NCBI GenBank assembly: GCA_964016885.1
Contig: OZ024742.1
Span: 348,626,001-348,690,000, forward strand
Direction: 5' to 3'
Source of the DNA: Eledone cirrhosa
Lineage: Eukaryota
Length of the DNA: 64,000 bases
Part shown: positions 12,830-25,389 of the stretch, in pieces
How the letters are laid out: each line of letters starts with the position of its first letter
Position numbering within the stretch: position 1 is the stretch's first letter
Program-made: the position numbers and the translations under genes
Notes under the pieces: model-generated
Databases searched by the model: none
What the model was told of the DNA's origin: nothing
Seen by the model: only the letters and a program-made list of their open reading frames with translations

Positions 12830-15800
12830 GAACAGTTAAGGTGTTCTACTCAGGTGTAGTCGGACAGTTAAGATGTTCTACTCAGGTGTAGGTGGACATT
12901 TAAGGTGTTTTATTCAGGTGTAGTTGGACAGTTAAGGTGTTCTATTCAGGTGTGGTTGAACAGTTAAGGTGTTCTATTCAGGTGTGGTTGGACAGTTAAA
13001 GTGGTCTATTCAGGTGTGGTTGGTTAGTTAAGGTGTTCTACTCAGGTGTAGATGAACAGTTAAGGTATTCTATTCAGGTGTAGTTGGATAGTTAAAGTGT
13101 TCTACTCAGGTGTAGTTGGACAATTAAGGTGTTCTACTCAGGTGTGGTTGGTTAGTTAAGTTGTTCTATTCAGGTGTAGTTGGACAGTTAAGGTGTTCTA
13201 CTCAGGTGTAGTTGGACAGTTAAGGTGTTCTACTGATGTATGGTTGGACAGTTAAGGTGTTCTACTCAGGTGTAGTTGAACAGTTAAGGTGTTCTATTCA
13301 GGTGTGGTTGAACAGTTAAGGTGTTCTACTCAGGTGTAGTTGGACAGTTAAGGTGTTCTACTGATGTGTGGTTGCTTAGTTAAGGTGTTCTACTCAGGTG
13401 TAGTTGGACATTTAAGGTGTTCTATTCAGGTGTAGTTGGACAGTTAAGGTGTTCTACTCAGGTGTGGTTGAACAGTTAAGGTGTTCTACTCAAGTGTAGT
13501 TGAACAGTTAAGGTGTTCTACTAAGGTGTGGTTGGTTATTTAATGTGTTCTACTCAGGTGTGGTTGAACAGTTAAGGTGTTCTACTCAGGTATAGTTGGA
13601 CAGTTAAGGTGTTCTATTCAGGTGTGGTTGAACAGTTAAGGTGTTCTACTGATGTGTGGTTGGACAGTTAAGGTGTTCTACTCAGGTGTAGTTGAACAGT
13701 TAAGGTGTTCTATTCAGGTGTAGTTGGACAGTTAAGGTGTTCTATTCAGGTGTGGTTGAACAGTTAAAGTGTTCTACTCAGGTGTAGTTGGACAGTTAAG
13801 GTGTTCTATTGAGGTGTGGTTGAACAGTCAAGGTGTTCGACTGATGTGTGGTTGGTTACTTAAGGTGTGCTACTCAGGTGAAGTTGGACATTTAAGGTGT
13901 TCTATTCAGGTGTAGTTGCACAGTTAAGATGTTCTATTCAGGTGTAGTTGAACAGTTAAGGTGTTCTATTCAGGTGTGGTTGGACAGTTAAAGTGGTCTA
14001 CTCAGGTGTGGTTGGTTAGTTAAGGTGTTCTACTCAGGTGTAGTTGAACAGTTAAGGTGTTCTATTCAGGTGTAGTTGGATAGTTAAGGTGTTCTACTCA
14101 GGTGTAGTTGAACAGTTAAGGTGTTCTACTGATGTGTGGTTGGTAAGTTAAGGTGTTCTACTCAGGTGTACTTGAACAGTTAAGGTGTTCTACTCAGCTG
14201 TCGTTGGACAGTTAAGGTGTTCTACTGATGTGTGGTTGGTTATTTAAGGTGGTCTACTCATGTGTAGATGGACAGTTAAGGTGTTCTACTCAGGTGTAGA
14301 TGGACAGTTAAGGTGTTCTACTCAGGTGTAGTTGGACAGTTAAGGTGTTCTAGTCAGGTGTGGTTGAACAGTTAAGGTGTTCTACTCAGGTGTAGTTGGA
14401 CAGTTAAGGTGTTCTACTCAGGTGTAGTTGGACAGTTAAGGTGTTCTACTTAAGTGTGGTTGGTTAGATAAGGTGTTCTACTCAGGTGTAGTTGGACATG
14501 TAAGGTGTTCTATTCAGGTGTAGTTGGACAGTTAAGGTGTTCTACTCAGGTGTGGTTGAACAGTTAAGGTGTTCTACTCAGGTGTAGTTGAACAATTAAG
14601 GTGTTCTACTCAGGTGTAGTTGGACAGTTAAGGTGTTCTATTGAGGTGTGGTTGGACAGTTAAGGTGTTCTACTCAGGTGTAGTTGAACAGTTAAGGTGT
14701 TCTACTCTGGTGTAGTTGGACAGTTAAGGTGTTCTATTCAGGTCTGGTTGAACAGTTAAGGTGTTCTACTGATGTGTGGTTGGACAGTTAAGGTGTTCTA
14801 CTCAGGTGTAGTTGAACAGTTAAGGTGTTCTATTCAGGTGTAGTTGGATAGTTAAAGTGTTCTACTCAGGTGTAGTTGGACAGTTAAGGTGTTCTACTGA
14901 TGTGTGGTTGGTTAGTTAAGTTGTTCTATTCAGGTGTAGTTGGACAGTTAAGGTGTTCTACTCAGGTGTAGTTGGACAGTTAAGGTGTTCTACTGATGTA
15001 TGGGTGGACAGTTAAGGTGTTCTACTCAGGTGTAGTTGAACAGTTAAGGTGTTCTATTCAGGTGTGGTTGAACAGTTAAGGTGTTCTACTCAGGTGTAGT
15101 TGGACAGTTAAGGTGTTCTACTGATGTGTGGTTGCTTAGTTAAGGTGTTCTACTCAGGTGTAGTTGGACATTTAAGGTGTTCTATTCAGGTGTAGTTGGA
15201 CAGTTAAGGTGTTCTACTCAGGTGTGGTTGAACAGTTAAGGTGTTCTACTCAAGTGTAGTTGGACAGTTAAGGTGTTCTACTGATGTGTGGTTGGTTAGT
15301 TAAGTTGTTCTATTCAGGTGTAGTTGGACAGTTAAGGTGTTCTACTCAGGTGTAGTTGGACAGTTAAGGTGTTCTACTGATGTATGGTTGGACAGTTAAG
15401 GTGTTCTACTCAGGTGTAGTTGAACAGTTAAGGTGTTCTATTCAGGTGTGGTTGAACAGTTAAGGTGTTCTACTCAGGTGTAGTTGGACAGTTAATGTGT
15501 TCTACTGATGTGTGGTTGCTTAGTTAAGGTGTTCTACTCAGGTGTAGTTGGACATTTAAGGTGTTCTATTCAGGTGTAGTTGGACAGTTAAGGTGTTCTA
15601 CTCAGGTGTGGTTGAACAGTTAAGGTGTTCTACTCAGGTGTAGTTGAACAGTTAAGGTGTTCTATTCAGGTATAGTTGGACAGTTAAGGTGTTCTACTCA
15701 GGTGTGGTTGAACAGTTAAGGTGTTCTACTCAGGTGTAGTCGGACAGTTAAGATGTTCTACTCAGGTGTAGGTGGACATTTAAGGTGTTTTATTCAGGTG

Positions 15801-17270
15801 TAGTTGGACAGTTAAGGTGTTCTATTCAGGTGTGGTTGAACAGTTAAGGTGTTCTATTCAGGTGTGATTGGACAGTTAAAGTGGTCTATTCAGGTGTGGT
15901 TGGTTAGTTAAGGTGTTCTACTCAGGTGTAGATGAACAGTTAAGGTATTCTATTCAGGTGTAGTTGGATAGTTAAAGTGTTCTACTCAGGTGTAGTTGGA
16001 CAGTTAAGGTGTTCTACTGATGTGTGGTTGGTTAGTTAAGTTGTTCTATTCAGGTGTAGTTGGACAGTTAAGGTGTTCTACTCAGGTGTAGTTGGACAGT
16101 TAAGGTGTTCTACTGATGTATGGTTGGACAGTTAAGGTGTTCTACTCAGGTGTAGTTGAACAGTTAAGGTGTTCTATTCAGGTGTGGTTGAACAGTTAAT
16201 GTGTTCTACTCAGGTGTAGTTGGACAGTTAAGGTGTTCTACTGATGTGTGGTTGCTTAGTTAAGGTGTTCTACTCAGGTGTAGTTGAACATTTAAGGTGT
16301 TCTATTCAGGTGTAGTTGGACAGTTAAGGTGTTCTACTCAGTTGTGGTTGAACAGTTAAGGTGTTCTACTCAAGTGTAGTTGAACAGTTAAGGTGTTCTA
16401 CTAAGGTGTGGTTGGTTATTTAATGTGTTCTACTCAGGTGTGGTTGAACAGTTCAGGTGTTCTACTCAGGTATAGTTGGACAGTTAAGGTGTTCTATTCA
16501 GGTGTGGTTGAACAGTTAAGGTTTTCTACTGATGTGTGGTTGGACAGTTAAGGTGTTCTACTCAGGTGTAGTTGAACAGTTAAGGTGTTCTATTCAGGTG
16601 TAGTTGGACAGTTAAGGTGTTCTATTCAGGTGTGGTTGAACAGTTAAAGTGTTCTACTCAGGTGTAGTTGGACAGTTAAGGTGTTCTATTGAGGTGTGGT
16701 TGAATAGTCAAGGTGTTCGACTGATGTGTGGTTGGTTACTTAAGGTGTGCTACTCAGGTGAAGTTGGACATTTAAGGTGTTCTATTCAGGTGTAGTTGCA
16801 CAGTTAAGGTGTTCTATTCAGGTGTGGTTGAACAGTTAAGGTGTTCTATTCAGGTGTGGTTGGACAGTTAAAGTGGTCTACTCAGGTGTGGTTGGTTAAT
16901 TAAGGTGTTCTACTCAGGTGTAGTTGAACAGTTAAGGTGTTCTATTCAGGTGTAGTTGGATAGTTAAGGTGTTCTACTCAGGTGTAGTTGAACAGTTAAG
17001 GTGTTCTACTGATGTGTGGTTGGTAAGTTAAGGTGTTCTACTCAGGTGTACTTGAACAGTTAAGGTGTTCTACTCAGCTGTCGTTGGACAGTTAAGGTGT
17101 TCTACTGATGTGTGGTTGGTTATTTAAGGTGGTCTACTCATGTGTAGATGGACAGTTAAGGTGTTCTACTCAGGTGTAGATGGACAGTTAAGGTGTTCTA
17201 CTCAGGTGTAGTTGGACAGTTAAGGTGTTCTAGTCAGGTATGGTTGAACAGTTAAGGTGTTCTACTCAGG
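12830..17270 (+). repeat. Non-adjacent duplicate of a ~1.5-kb block (about 12830-14390 and 15710-17270), offset 2880 bp (90 monomers)
   Basis: CGGACAGTTAAGATG 12861/15741, GCACAG 13918/16798, TGGTAAGTTA 14141/17021 and TAGTCAGG 14351/17231 are all 2880 apart. Confidence 0.88.
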
Positions 17271-17617
17271 TGTGGTTGGACAGCTAAGGTGTTCTACTCA
17301 GGTGTAGTTGGACAGTTAAGGTGTTCTACTCAGGTGTAGTTGGACATTTAAGGTGTTTTATTCAGGTGTAGTTGGACAGTTAAGGTGTTCTATTGATGTG
17401 TGGTTGAACAGTTAAGGTGTTCTACTCATGTATAGTTGAACAGTTAAGGTGGTCTTCTCAGGTGTAGCTGGACAGTTAAGGTGTTCTACTCAGGTGTGGT
17501 TGGTTAGTTAAGGTGGTCTACTCAGGTGTAGAGGGACAGTTAAGGTGTTCTACTCAGGTGTGATTGGTTAGTTAAGGTGGTCTACTCAGGTGTAGGTGAA
17601 CAGTTAAGGTGTTCTAC

Positions 17618-20600
17618 TCAGGTGTAGATGGACAGTTAAGGTGTTCTACTCAGGTGTGGTTGGACAGTTAAGGTGTTCTACTCAGGTGTGGTTGGACAGT
17701 TAAGGTGTTCTACTCAGGTGTAGGTGAACAGTTAAGGTGTTCTACTCAGGTGTGGTTGAACAGTTAAGGTGTTCTACTCAGGTGTAGTTGGACAGTTAAG
17801 GTGTTCTATTCAGGTGTTGTTGAACAGTTAAGGTGTTCTACTGATGTGTGGTTGGACAGTTAAGGTGTTCTACTCAGGTGTAGTTGAACAGTTAAGGTGT
17901 TCTACTCAGGTGAGGTTGGAGAGTTAAGGTGTTCTACTCAGGTGTGGTTGAACAGTTAAGGTGTTCTACTGATGTGTGGTTGGACAGTTAAGGTGTTCTA
18001 CTCAGGTGTAGTTGAACAGTTAAGGTGTTCTACTCAGGTGAGGTTGGAGAGTTAAGGTGTTCTATTCAGGTGTTGTTGAACAGTTAAGGTGTTCTACTGA
18101 TGTGTGGTTGGACAGTTAAGGTGTTCTATTCAGGTGTGGGTGAATAGTTTAGGTGTTCTACTCAGGTGTAGTTGGACAGTTAAGGTGTTCTACTCAGGTG
18201 TAGTTGGACAGTTAAGGTGTTCTACTGGTGTGTGGTTGGTTTTTTCTGTTAAGGTGTTCTACTCAGGTGTAGTTGGACATTTAAGGTGTTCTATTCAGGT
18301 GTAGTTGGACAGTTAAGGTGTTCTACTCAGGTGTGGTCGAACAGTTAAGGTGTTCTACTCAGGTGTAGTTGAACAGTTAATGTGTTCTACTCAGGTGTGG
18401 TTGGACAGTTAAGGTGTTCTACTCAGGTGTGGTTGAACAGTTAAGGTATTCTACTCAGGTGTAGTTGGACAGTTAAGGTGTTCTACTCAGGTGTAGTTGA
18501 ACAGTTAATGTGTTCTACTCAGGTGTGGTTGGACAGTTAAGGGGTTCTATTCAGGTGTGGTTGAACAGTTAAGGTGTTCTACTGATGTGTGGTTGGACAG
18601 TTAAGCTGTCCTACTCAGGTGTAGATGAACAGTTAAGGTGTTCTATTCAGGTGTGGTTGAACAGTTAAGGTATTCTACTCAGGTGTAGTTGGACATTTAA
18701 GGTGTTCTATTCAGGTGTAGTTGGACAGTTAAGGTGTTCTACTCAGGTGTGGTTGAACAGTTAAGTTGTTCTACTCAGGTGTAGTTGGACAGTTAAGGTG
18801 TTCTATTGAGTTGTGGTTGAACAGTTAAGGTGTTCTACCGATGTGTGGTTGGACAGTTAAGGTGTTCTTCTCAGGTGTAGTTGAACAGTTAAGGTGTTCT
18901 ACTCAGGTGTGGTTGAACAGTTAAGGTGTTCTACTCAGGTGTAGTTGGACAGTTAAGGTGTTCTACTCAGGTGTAGTTGGACAGTTAAGGTGTTCTACTA
19001 AGGTGTGGTTGGACAGTTAATGTGTTCTACTGATATGTGGTTGGTTAGTTAAGGTGTGCTACTCAGGTGAAGTTGGACATTTAAGGTGTTCTATTCAGGT
19101 GTGGTTGAACAGTTAAGGTGTTCAATTCAGGTGTGGTTGGACAGTTAAAGTGGTCTACTCAGGTGTGGTTGGTTAGTTAAGGTGTTCTACTCAGGTGTAG
19201 TTGAACAGTTAAGTTGTTCTATTCAGGTGTAGTTGGACAGTTAAGGTGTTCTACTCAGGTGTACTTGGACAGTTAAGGTGTTCTACTGATGTGTGGTTGG
19301 TTAGTTAAGGTGTTCTACTCAGGTGTAGTTGAACAGTTAAGGTGTTCTACTCAGCTGTCGTTGGACAGTTAAGGTGTTCTACTGATGTGTGGTTGGACAG
19401 GTAAGGTGTTCTACTCAGGTGTGGTTGAACAGTAAATGTGTTCTACTCAGGAGTGTTTGAACAGTTAAGGTGTTCTACTCAGCTGTCGTTGGACAGTTAA
19501 GGTGTTCTACTGATGTGTGGTTGGACAGGTAAGGTGTTCTACTCAGGTGTGGTTGAACAGTTAAGGTGTTCTACTCAGGAGTGTTTGGACAGGTAAGGTG
19601 TTCTACTCAGGTGTGGTTGAACAGTTAAAGTGGTCTACTCAGGTGTGGTTGGTTAGTTAAGGTGTTCTACTCAGGTGTAGTTGAACAGTTAAGGTGTTCT
19701 ATTCAGGTGTAGTTGGATAGTTAAGGTGTTCTCCTCAGGTGTGATTGGACAGTTAAGGTTTTCTACTGATGTGTGGTTGGTTAGTTAAGTTGTTCTATTC
19801 AGGTTTAGTTGGACAGTTAAGGTGTTCTACTCAAGTGTAGTTGGTCAGTTAAGGTGTGCTACTCAGGTGTAGTTGGACAGTTAAGGTGTTCTACTCAGGT
19901 GTGATTGGACAGTTAAGGTGTTCTACTGATGTGTGGTTGGTTAGTTAAGGTTAAGGTGTTCTACTCAGGTGTAGTTGGACATTTAAGGTGTTCTATTCAG
20001 GTGTAGTTGGACAGTCAAGGTGTTCTACTGATGTGTGTTTGAACAGTTAAGGTGTTCTAATCAGGTGTGGTTGGACAGTTAAGGTGTTCTACTCATGTGT
20101 AGTTGAACAGTTAAGGTGTTCTATTCAGGTGTAGTTCAACAGTTAAGGTGTTCTATTCAGGTGTGGTTGGTTAGTTAAGGTGGTCTACTCAGGTGTGGTT
20201 GGTTAGTTAAGGTGGTCTACTCAGGTGTAGATGGACAGTTAAGGTGTTCTACTCAGGTGTGATTGGTTAGTTAAGGTGGTCTACTCAGGTGTAGATGGAC
20301 AGTTAAGGTGTTCTACTCAGGTGTGGTTGGACAGTTAAGGTGTTCTACTCATGTGTGGTTGAACAGTTAAGGTGTTCTACTGAGGTGTGGTTGGACAGTT
20401 AAGTTATTCTACTCAGGTGTGGTTGGACAGTTAAGGTGTTCTACTCATGTGTGGTTGGACAGTTAAGGTGTTCTACTCAGGTGTGGTTGAACAGTTAAGG
20501 TGTTCTACTCAGGTGTAGTTGGACAGTTAAGGTGTTCTATTCAGGTGTGGTTGAACAGTTAAGGTGTCCTACTGATGTGTGGTTGGACAGTTAAGGTGTT

Positions 20601-23600
20601 CTACTCAGGTGTAGTTGAACAGTTAAGGTGTTCTATTCAGGTGTAGTTGGACAGTTAAGGTGTTCTACTCAGGTGTGTTTGAACAGTTAAGGTGTTCTAC
20701 TCAGGTGTAGTTGAACAGTTAAGGTGTTCTATTCAGGTGTAGTTGGACAGTTAAGGTGTTCTACTCAGGTGTGGTTGAACAGTTAAGTTGTTCTACTCAG
20801 GTGTAGTTGGACAGTTAAGGTGTTCTATTGAGTTGTGGTTGAACAGTTAAGGTGTTCTACTCAGGTGTGGTTGAACAGTTAAGATGTTCTACTCAGGTGT
20901 AGTTGGACAGTTAAGATGTTCTACTCAGGTGTAGTTGGACAGTTAATGTGTTCTACTAAGGTGTGGTTGGACAGTTAAGGTGCTCTACTGATATGTGGTT
21001 GGTTAGTTAAGGTGTGCTACTCAGGTGAAGTTGGACATTTAAGGTGTTCTATTCAGGTGTGGTTGAACAGTTAAGGTGTTCTATTCAGGTGTGGTTGGAC
21101 AGTTAAAGTGGTCTACTCAGGTGTGGTTGGTTAGTTAAGGTGTTCTACTCAGGTGTAGTTGAACAGTTAAGTTGTTCTATCCAGGTGTAGATGGACAGTT
21201 AAGGTGTTCTACTCAGGTGTGGTTGGACAGTTAAGGTGTTCTACTCAGGTGTGGTTGGACAGTTAAGGTGTTCTACTCAGGTGTAGGTGAACAGTTAAGG
21301 TGTTCTACTCAGGTGTGGTTGAACAGTTAAGGTGTTCTACTCAGGTGTAGTTGGACAGTTAAGGTGTTCTATTCAGGTGTTGTTGAACAGTTAAGGTGTT
21401 CTACTGATGTGTGGTTGGACAGTTAAGGTGTTCTACTCAGGTGTAGTTGAACAGTTAAGGTGTTCTACTCAGGTGAGGTTGGAGAGTTAAGGTGTTCTAC
21501 TCAGGTGTGGTTGAACAGTTAAGGTGTTCTACTGATGTGTGGTTGGACAGTTAAGGTGTTCTACTCAGGTGTAGTTGAACAGTTAAGGTGTTCTACTCAG
21601 GTGAGGTTGGAGAGTTAAGGTGTTCTATTCAGGTGTTGTTGAACAGTTAAGGTGTTCTACTGATGTGTGGTTGGACAGTTAAGGTGTTCTATTCAGGTGT
21701 GGGTGAATAGTTTAGGTGTTCTACTCAGGTATAGTTGGACAGTTAAGGTGTTCTACTCAGGTGTAGTTGGACAGTTAAGGTGTTCTACTGGTGTGTGGTT
21801 GGTTTTTTCTGTTAAGGTGTTCTACTCAGGTGTAGTTGGACATTTAAGGTGTTCTATTCAGGTGTAGTTGGACAGTTAAGGTGTTCTACTCAGGTGTGGT
21901 CGAACAGTTAAGGTGTTCTACTCAGGTGTAGTTGAACAGTTAATGTGTTCTACTCAGGTGTGGTTGGACAGTTAAGGTGTTCTACTCAGGTGTGGTTGAA
22001 CAGTTAAGGTATTCTACTCAGGTGTAGTTGGACAGTTAAGGTGTTCTACTCAGGTGTAGTTGAACAGTTAATGTGTTCTACTCAGGTGTGGTTGGACAGT
22101 TAAGGGGTTCTATTCAGGTGTGGTTGAACAGTTAAGGTGTTCTACTGATGTGTGGTTGGACAGTTAAGCTGTCCTACTCAGGTGTAGATGAACAGTTAAG
22201 GTGTTCTATTCAGGTGTGGTTGAACAGTTAAGGTATTCTACTCAGGTGTAGTTGGACAGTTAAGGTGTTCTACTGATGTGTGGTTGGTTAGTTAAGGTGT
22301 TCTACTCAGGTGTAGTTGGACATTTAAGGTGTTCTATTCAGGTGTAGTTGGACAGTTAAGGTGTTCTACTCAGGTGTGGTTGAACAGTTAAGTTGTTCTA
22401 CTCAGGTGTAGTTGGACAGTTAAGGTGTTCTATTGAGTTGTGGTTGAACAGTTAAGGTGTTCTACCGATGTGTGGTTGGACAGTTAAGGTGTTCTTCTCA
22501 GGTGTAGTTGAACAGTTAAGGTGTTCTACTCAGGTGTGGTTGAACAGTTAAGGTGTTCTACTCAGGTGTAGTTGGACAGTTAAGGTGTTCTACTCAGGTG
22601 TAGTTGGACAGTTAAGGTGTTCTACTAAGGTGTGGTTGGACAGTTAATGTGTTCTACTGATATGTGGTTGGTTAGTTAAGGTGTGCTACTCAGGTGAAGT
22701 TGGACATTTAAGGTGTTCTATTCAGGTGTGGTTGAACAGTTAAGGTGTTCAATTCAGGTGTGGTTGGACAGTTAAAGTGGTCTACTCAGGTGTGGTTGGT
22801 TAGTTAAGGTGTTCTACTCAGGTGTAGTTGAACAGTTAAGTTGTTCTATTCAGGTGTAGTTGGACAGTTAAGGTGTTCTACTCAGGTGTAGTTGGACAGT
22901 TAAGGTGTTCTACTGATGTGTGGTTGGTTAGTTAAGGTGTTCTACTCAGGTGTAGTTGAACAGTTAAGGTGTTCTACTCAGCTGTCGTTGGACAGTTAAG
23001 GTGTTCTACTGATGTGTGGTTGGACAGGTAAGGTGTTCTACTCAGGTGTGGTTGAACAGTAAATGTGTTCTACTCAGGAGTGTTTGAACAGTTAAGGTGT
23101 TCTACTCAGCTGTCGTTGGACAGTTAAGGTGTTCTACTGATGTGTGGTTGGACAGGTAAGGTGTTCTACTCAGGTGTGGTTGAACAGTTAAGGTGTTCTA
23201 CTCAGGAGTGTTTGGACAGGTAAGGTGTTCTACTCAGGTGTGGTTGAACAGTTAAAGTGGTCTACTCAGGTGTGGTTGGTTAGTTAAGGTGTTCTACTCA
23301 GGTGTAGTTGAACAGTTAAGGTGTTCTATTCAGGTGTAGTTGGATAGTTAAGGTGTTCTCCTCAGGTGTGATTGGACAGTTAAGGTTTTCTACTGATGTG
23401 TGGTTGGTTAGTTAAGTTGTTCTATTCAGGTTTAGTTGGACAGTTAAGGTGTTCTACTCAAGTGTAGTTGGTCAGTTAAGGTGTGCTACTCAGGTGTAGT
23501 TGGACAGTTAAGGTGTTCTACTCAGGTGTGATTGGACAGTTAAGGTGTTCTACTGATGTGTGGTTGGTTAGTTAAGGTTAAGGTGTTCTACTCAGGTGTA

Positions 23601-24807
23601 GTTGGACATTTAAGGTGTTCTATTCAGGTGTAGTTGGACAGTTAAGGTGTTCTACTGATGTGTGTTTGAACAGTTAAGGTGTTCTAATCAGGTGTGGTTG
23701 GACAGTTAAGGTGTTCTACTCATGTGTAGTTGAACAGTTAAGGTGTTCTATTCAGGTGTAGTTCAACAGTTAAGGTGTTCTATTCAGGTGTGGTTGGTTA
23801 GTTAAGGTGGTCTACTCAGGTGTGGTTGGTTAGTTAAGGTGGTCTACTCAGGTGTAGATGGACAGTTAAGGTGTTCTACTCAGGTGTGATTGGTTAGTTA
23901 AGGTGGTCTACTCAGGTGTAGATGGACAGTTAAGGTGTTCTACTCAGGTGTGGTTGGACAGTTAAGGTGTTCTACTCATGTGTGGTTGAACAGTTAAGGT
24001 GTTCTACTCAGGTGTGGTTGGACAGTTAAGGTATTCTACTCAGGTGTGGTTGGACAGTTAAGGTGTTCTACTCATGTGTGGTTGGACAGTTAAGGTGTTC
24101 TACTCAGGTGTGGTTGAACAGTTAAGGTGTTCTACTCAGGTGTAGTTGGACAGTTAAGGTGTTCTATTCAGGTGTGGTTGAACAGTTAAGGTGTCCTACT
24201 GATGTGTGGTTGGACAGTTAAGGTGTTCTACTCAGGTGTAGTTGAACAGTTAAGGTGTTTTATTCAGGTGTAGTTGGACAGTTAAGGTGTTCTACTCAGG
24301 TGTGTTTGAACAGTTAAGGTGTTCTACTCAGGTGTAGTTGAACAGTTAAGGTGTTCTATTCAGGTGTAGTTGGACAGTTAAGGTGTTCTACTCAGGTGTG
24401 GTTGAACAGTTAAGTTGTTCTACTCAGGTGTAGTTGGACAGTTAAGGTGTTCTATTGAGTTGTGGTTGACCAGTTAAGGTGTTCTACTCAGGTGTGGTTG
24501 AACAGTTAAGATGTTCTACTCAGGTGTAGTTGGACAGTTAAGATGTTCTACTCAGGTGTAGTTGGACAGTTAATGTGTTCTACTAAGGTGTGGTTGGACA
24601 GTTAAGGTGCTCTACTGATATGTGGTTGGTTAGTTAAGGTGTGCTACTCAGGTGAAGTTGGACATTTAAGGTGTTCTATTCAGGTGTGGTTGAACAGTTA
24701 AGGTGTTCTATTCAGGTGTGGTTGGACAGTTAAAGTGGTCTACTCAGGTGTGGTTGGTTAGTTAAGGTGTTCTACTCAGGTGTAGTTGAACAGTTAAGTT
24801 GTTCTAT
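17618..24807 (+). repeat. Tandem block duplication: 17618-21180 and 21181-24807 (111 and 113 monomers plus indels)
   Basis: The unique GGTTTTTTCTGTT insertion at ~18241/21804 has offset 3563 = 111x32+5+6. The GTTAAGGTTAAGG duplication at 19944/23571 has offset 3627, reflecting two extra monomers near 22255-22320 in copy 2. The junction is at TTCTAT|CCAGG, 21180/21181. Confidence 0.93.
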
Positions 24808-25389
24808 TCAGGTGTAGTTGGATAGTTAAGGTGTTCTACTCAGGTGTAGTTGGACAGTTAAGGTGTTCTACTGATGTGTGGTTGGTTAGTTAAGGTGTTC
24901 TACTCAGGTGTAGTTGAACAGTTAAGGTGTTCTACTCAGCTGTCGTTAGACAGTTAAGGTGTTCTACTGATGTGTGGTTGGACAGGTAAGGTGTTCTACT
25001 CAGGTGTGGTTGAACAGTTAAGGTGTTCTACTCAGGAGTGGTTGGACAGGTAAGGTGTTCTACTCAGGTGTGGTTGAACAGTTAAAGTGGTCTACTCAGG
25101 TGTGGTTGGTTAGTTAAGGTGTTCTACTCAGGTGTAGTTGAACAGTTAAGATGTTCTTTTCAGGTGTAGTTGCATAGTTAAGGTGTTCTCCTCAGGTGTG
25201 ATTGGACAGTTAAGGTTTTCTACTGATGTGTGGTTGGTTAGTTAAGTTGTTCTATTCAGGTGTAGTTGGACAGTTAAGCTGTTCTATTCAAGTGTAGTTG
25301 GTCAGTTAAGGTGTGCTACTCAGGTGTAGTTGGACAGTTAAGGTGTTCTACTCAGGTTTGGTTTGTTAGTTAAGGTGGTCTACTCAGGT

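Noticed and set aside
18104-18304. 66-aa ORF, and its near-identical copy at 21667-21867
   Set aside because: It is translated satellite. The near-invariant TTAA puts a stop on both strands, and because 32 is not divisible by 3 every frame closes within about 96 nt. This frame stays open only through a TAA-destroying variant and the +5 insertion. It starts at GTG, and the second copy is just the 3563-bp duplication.
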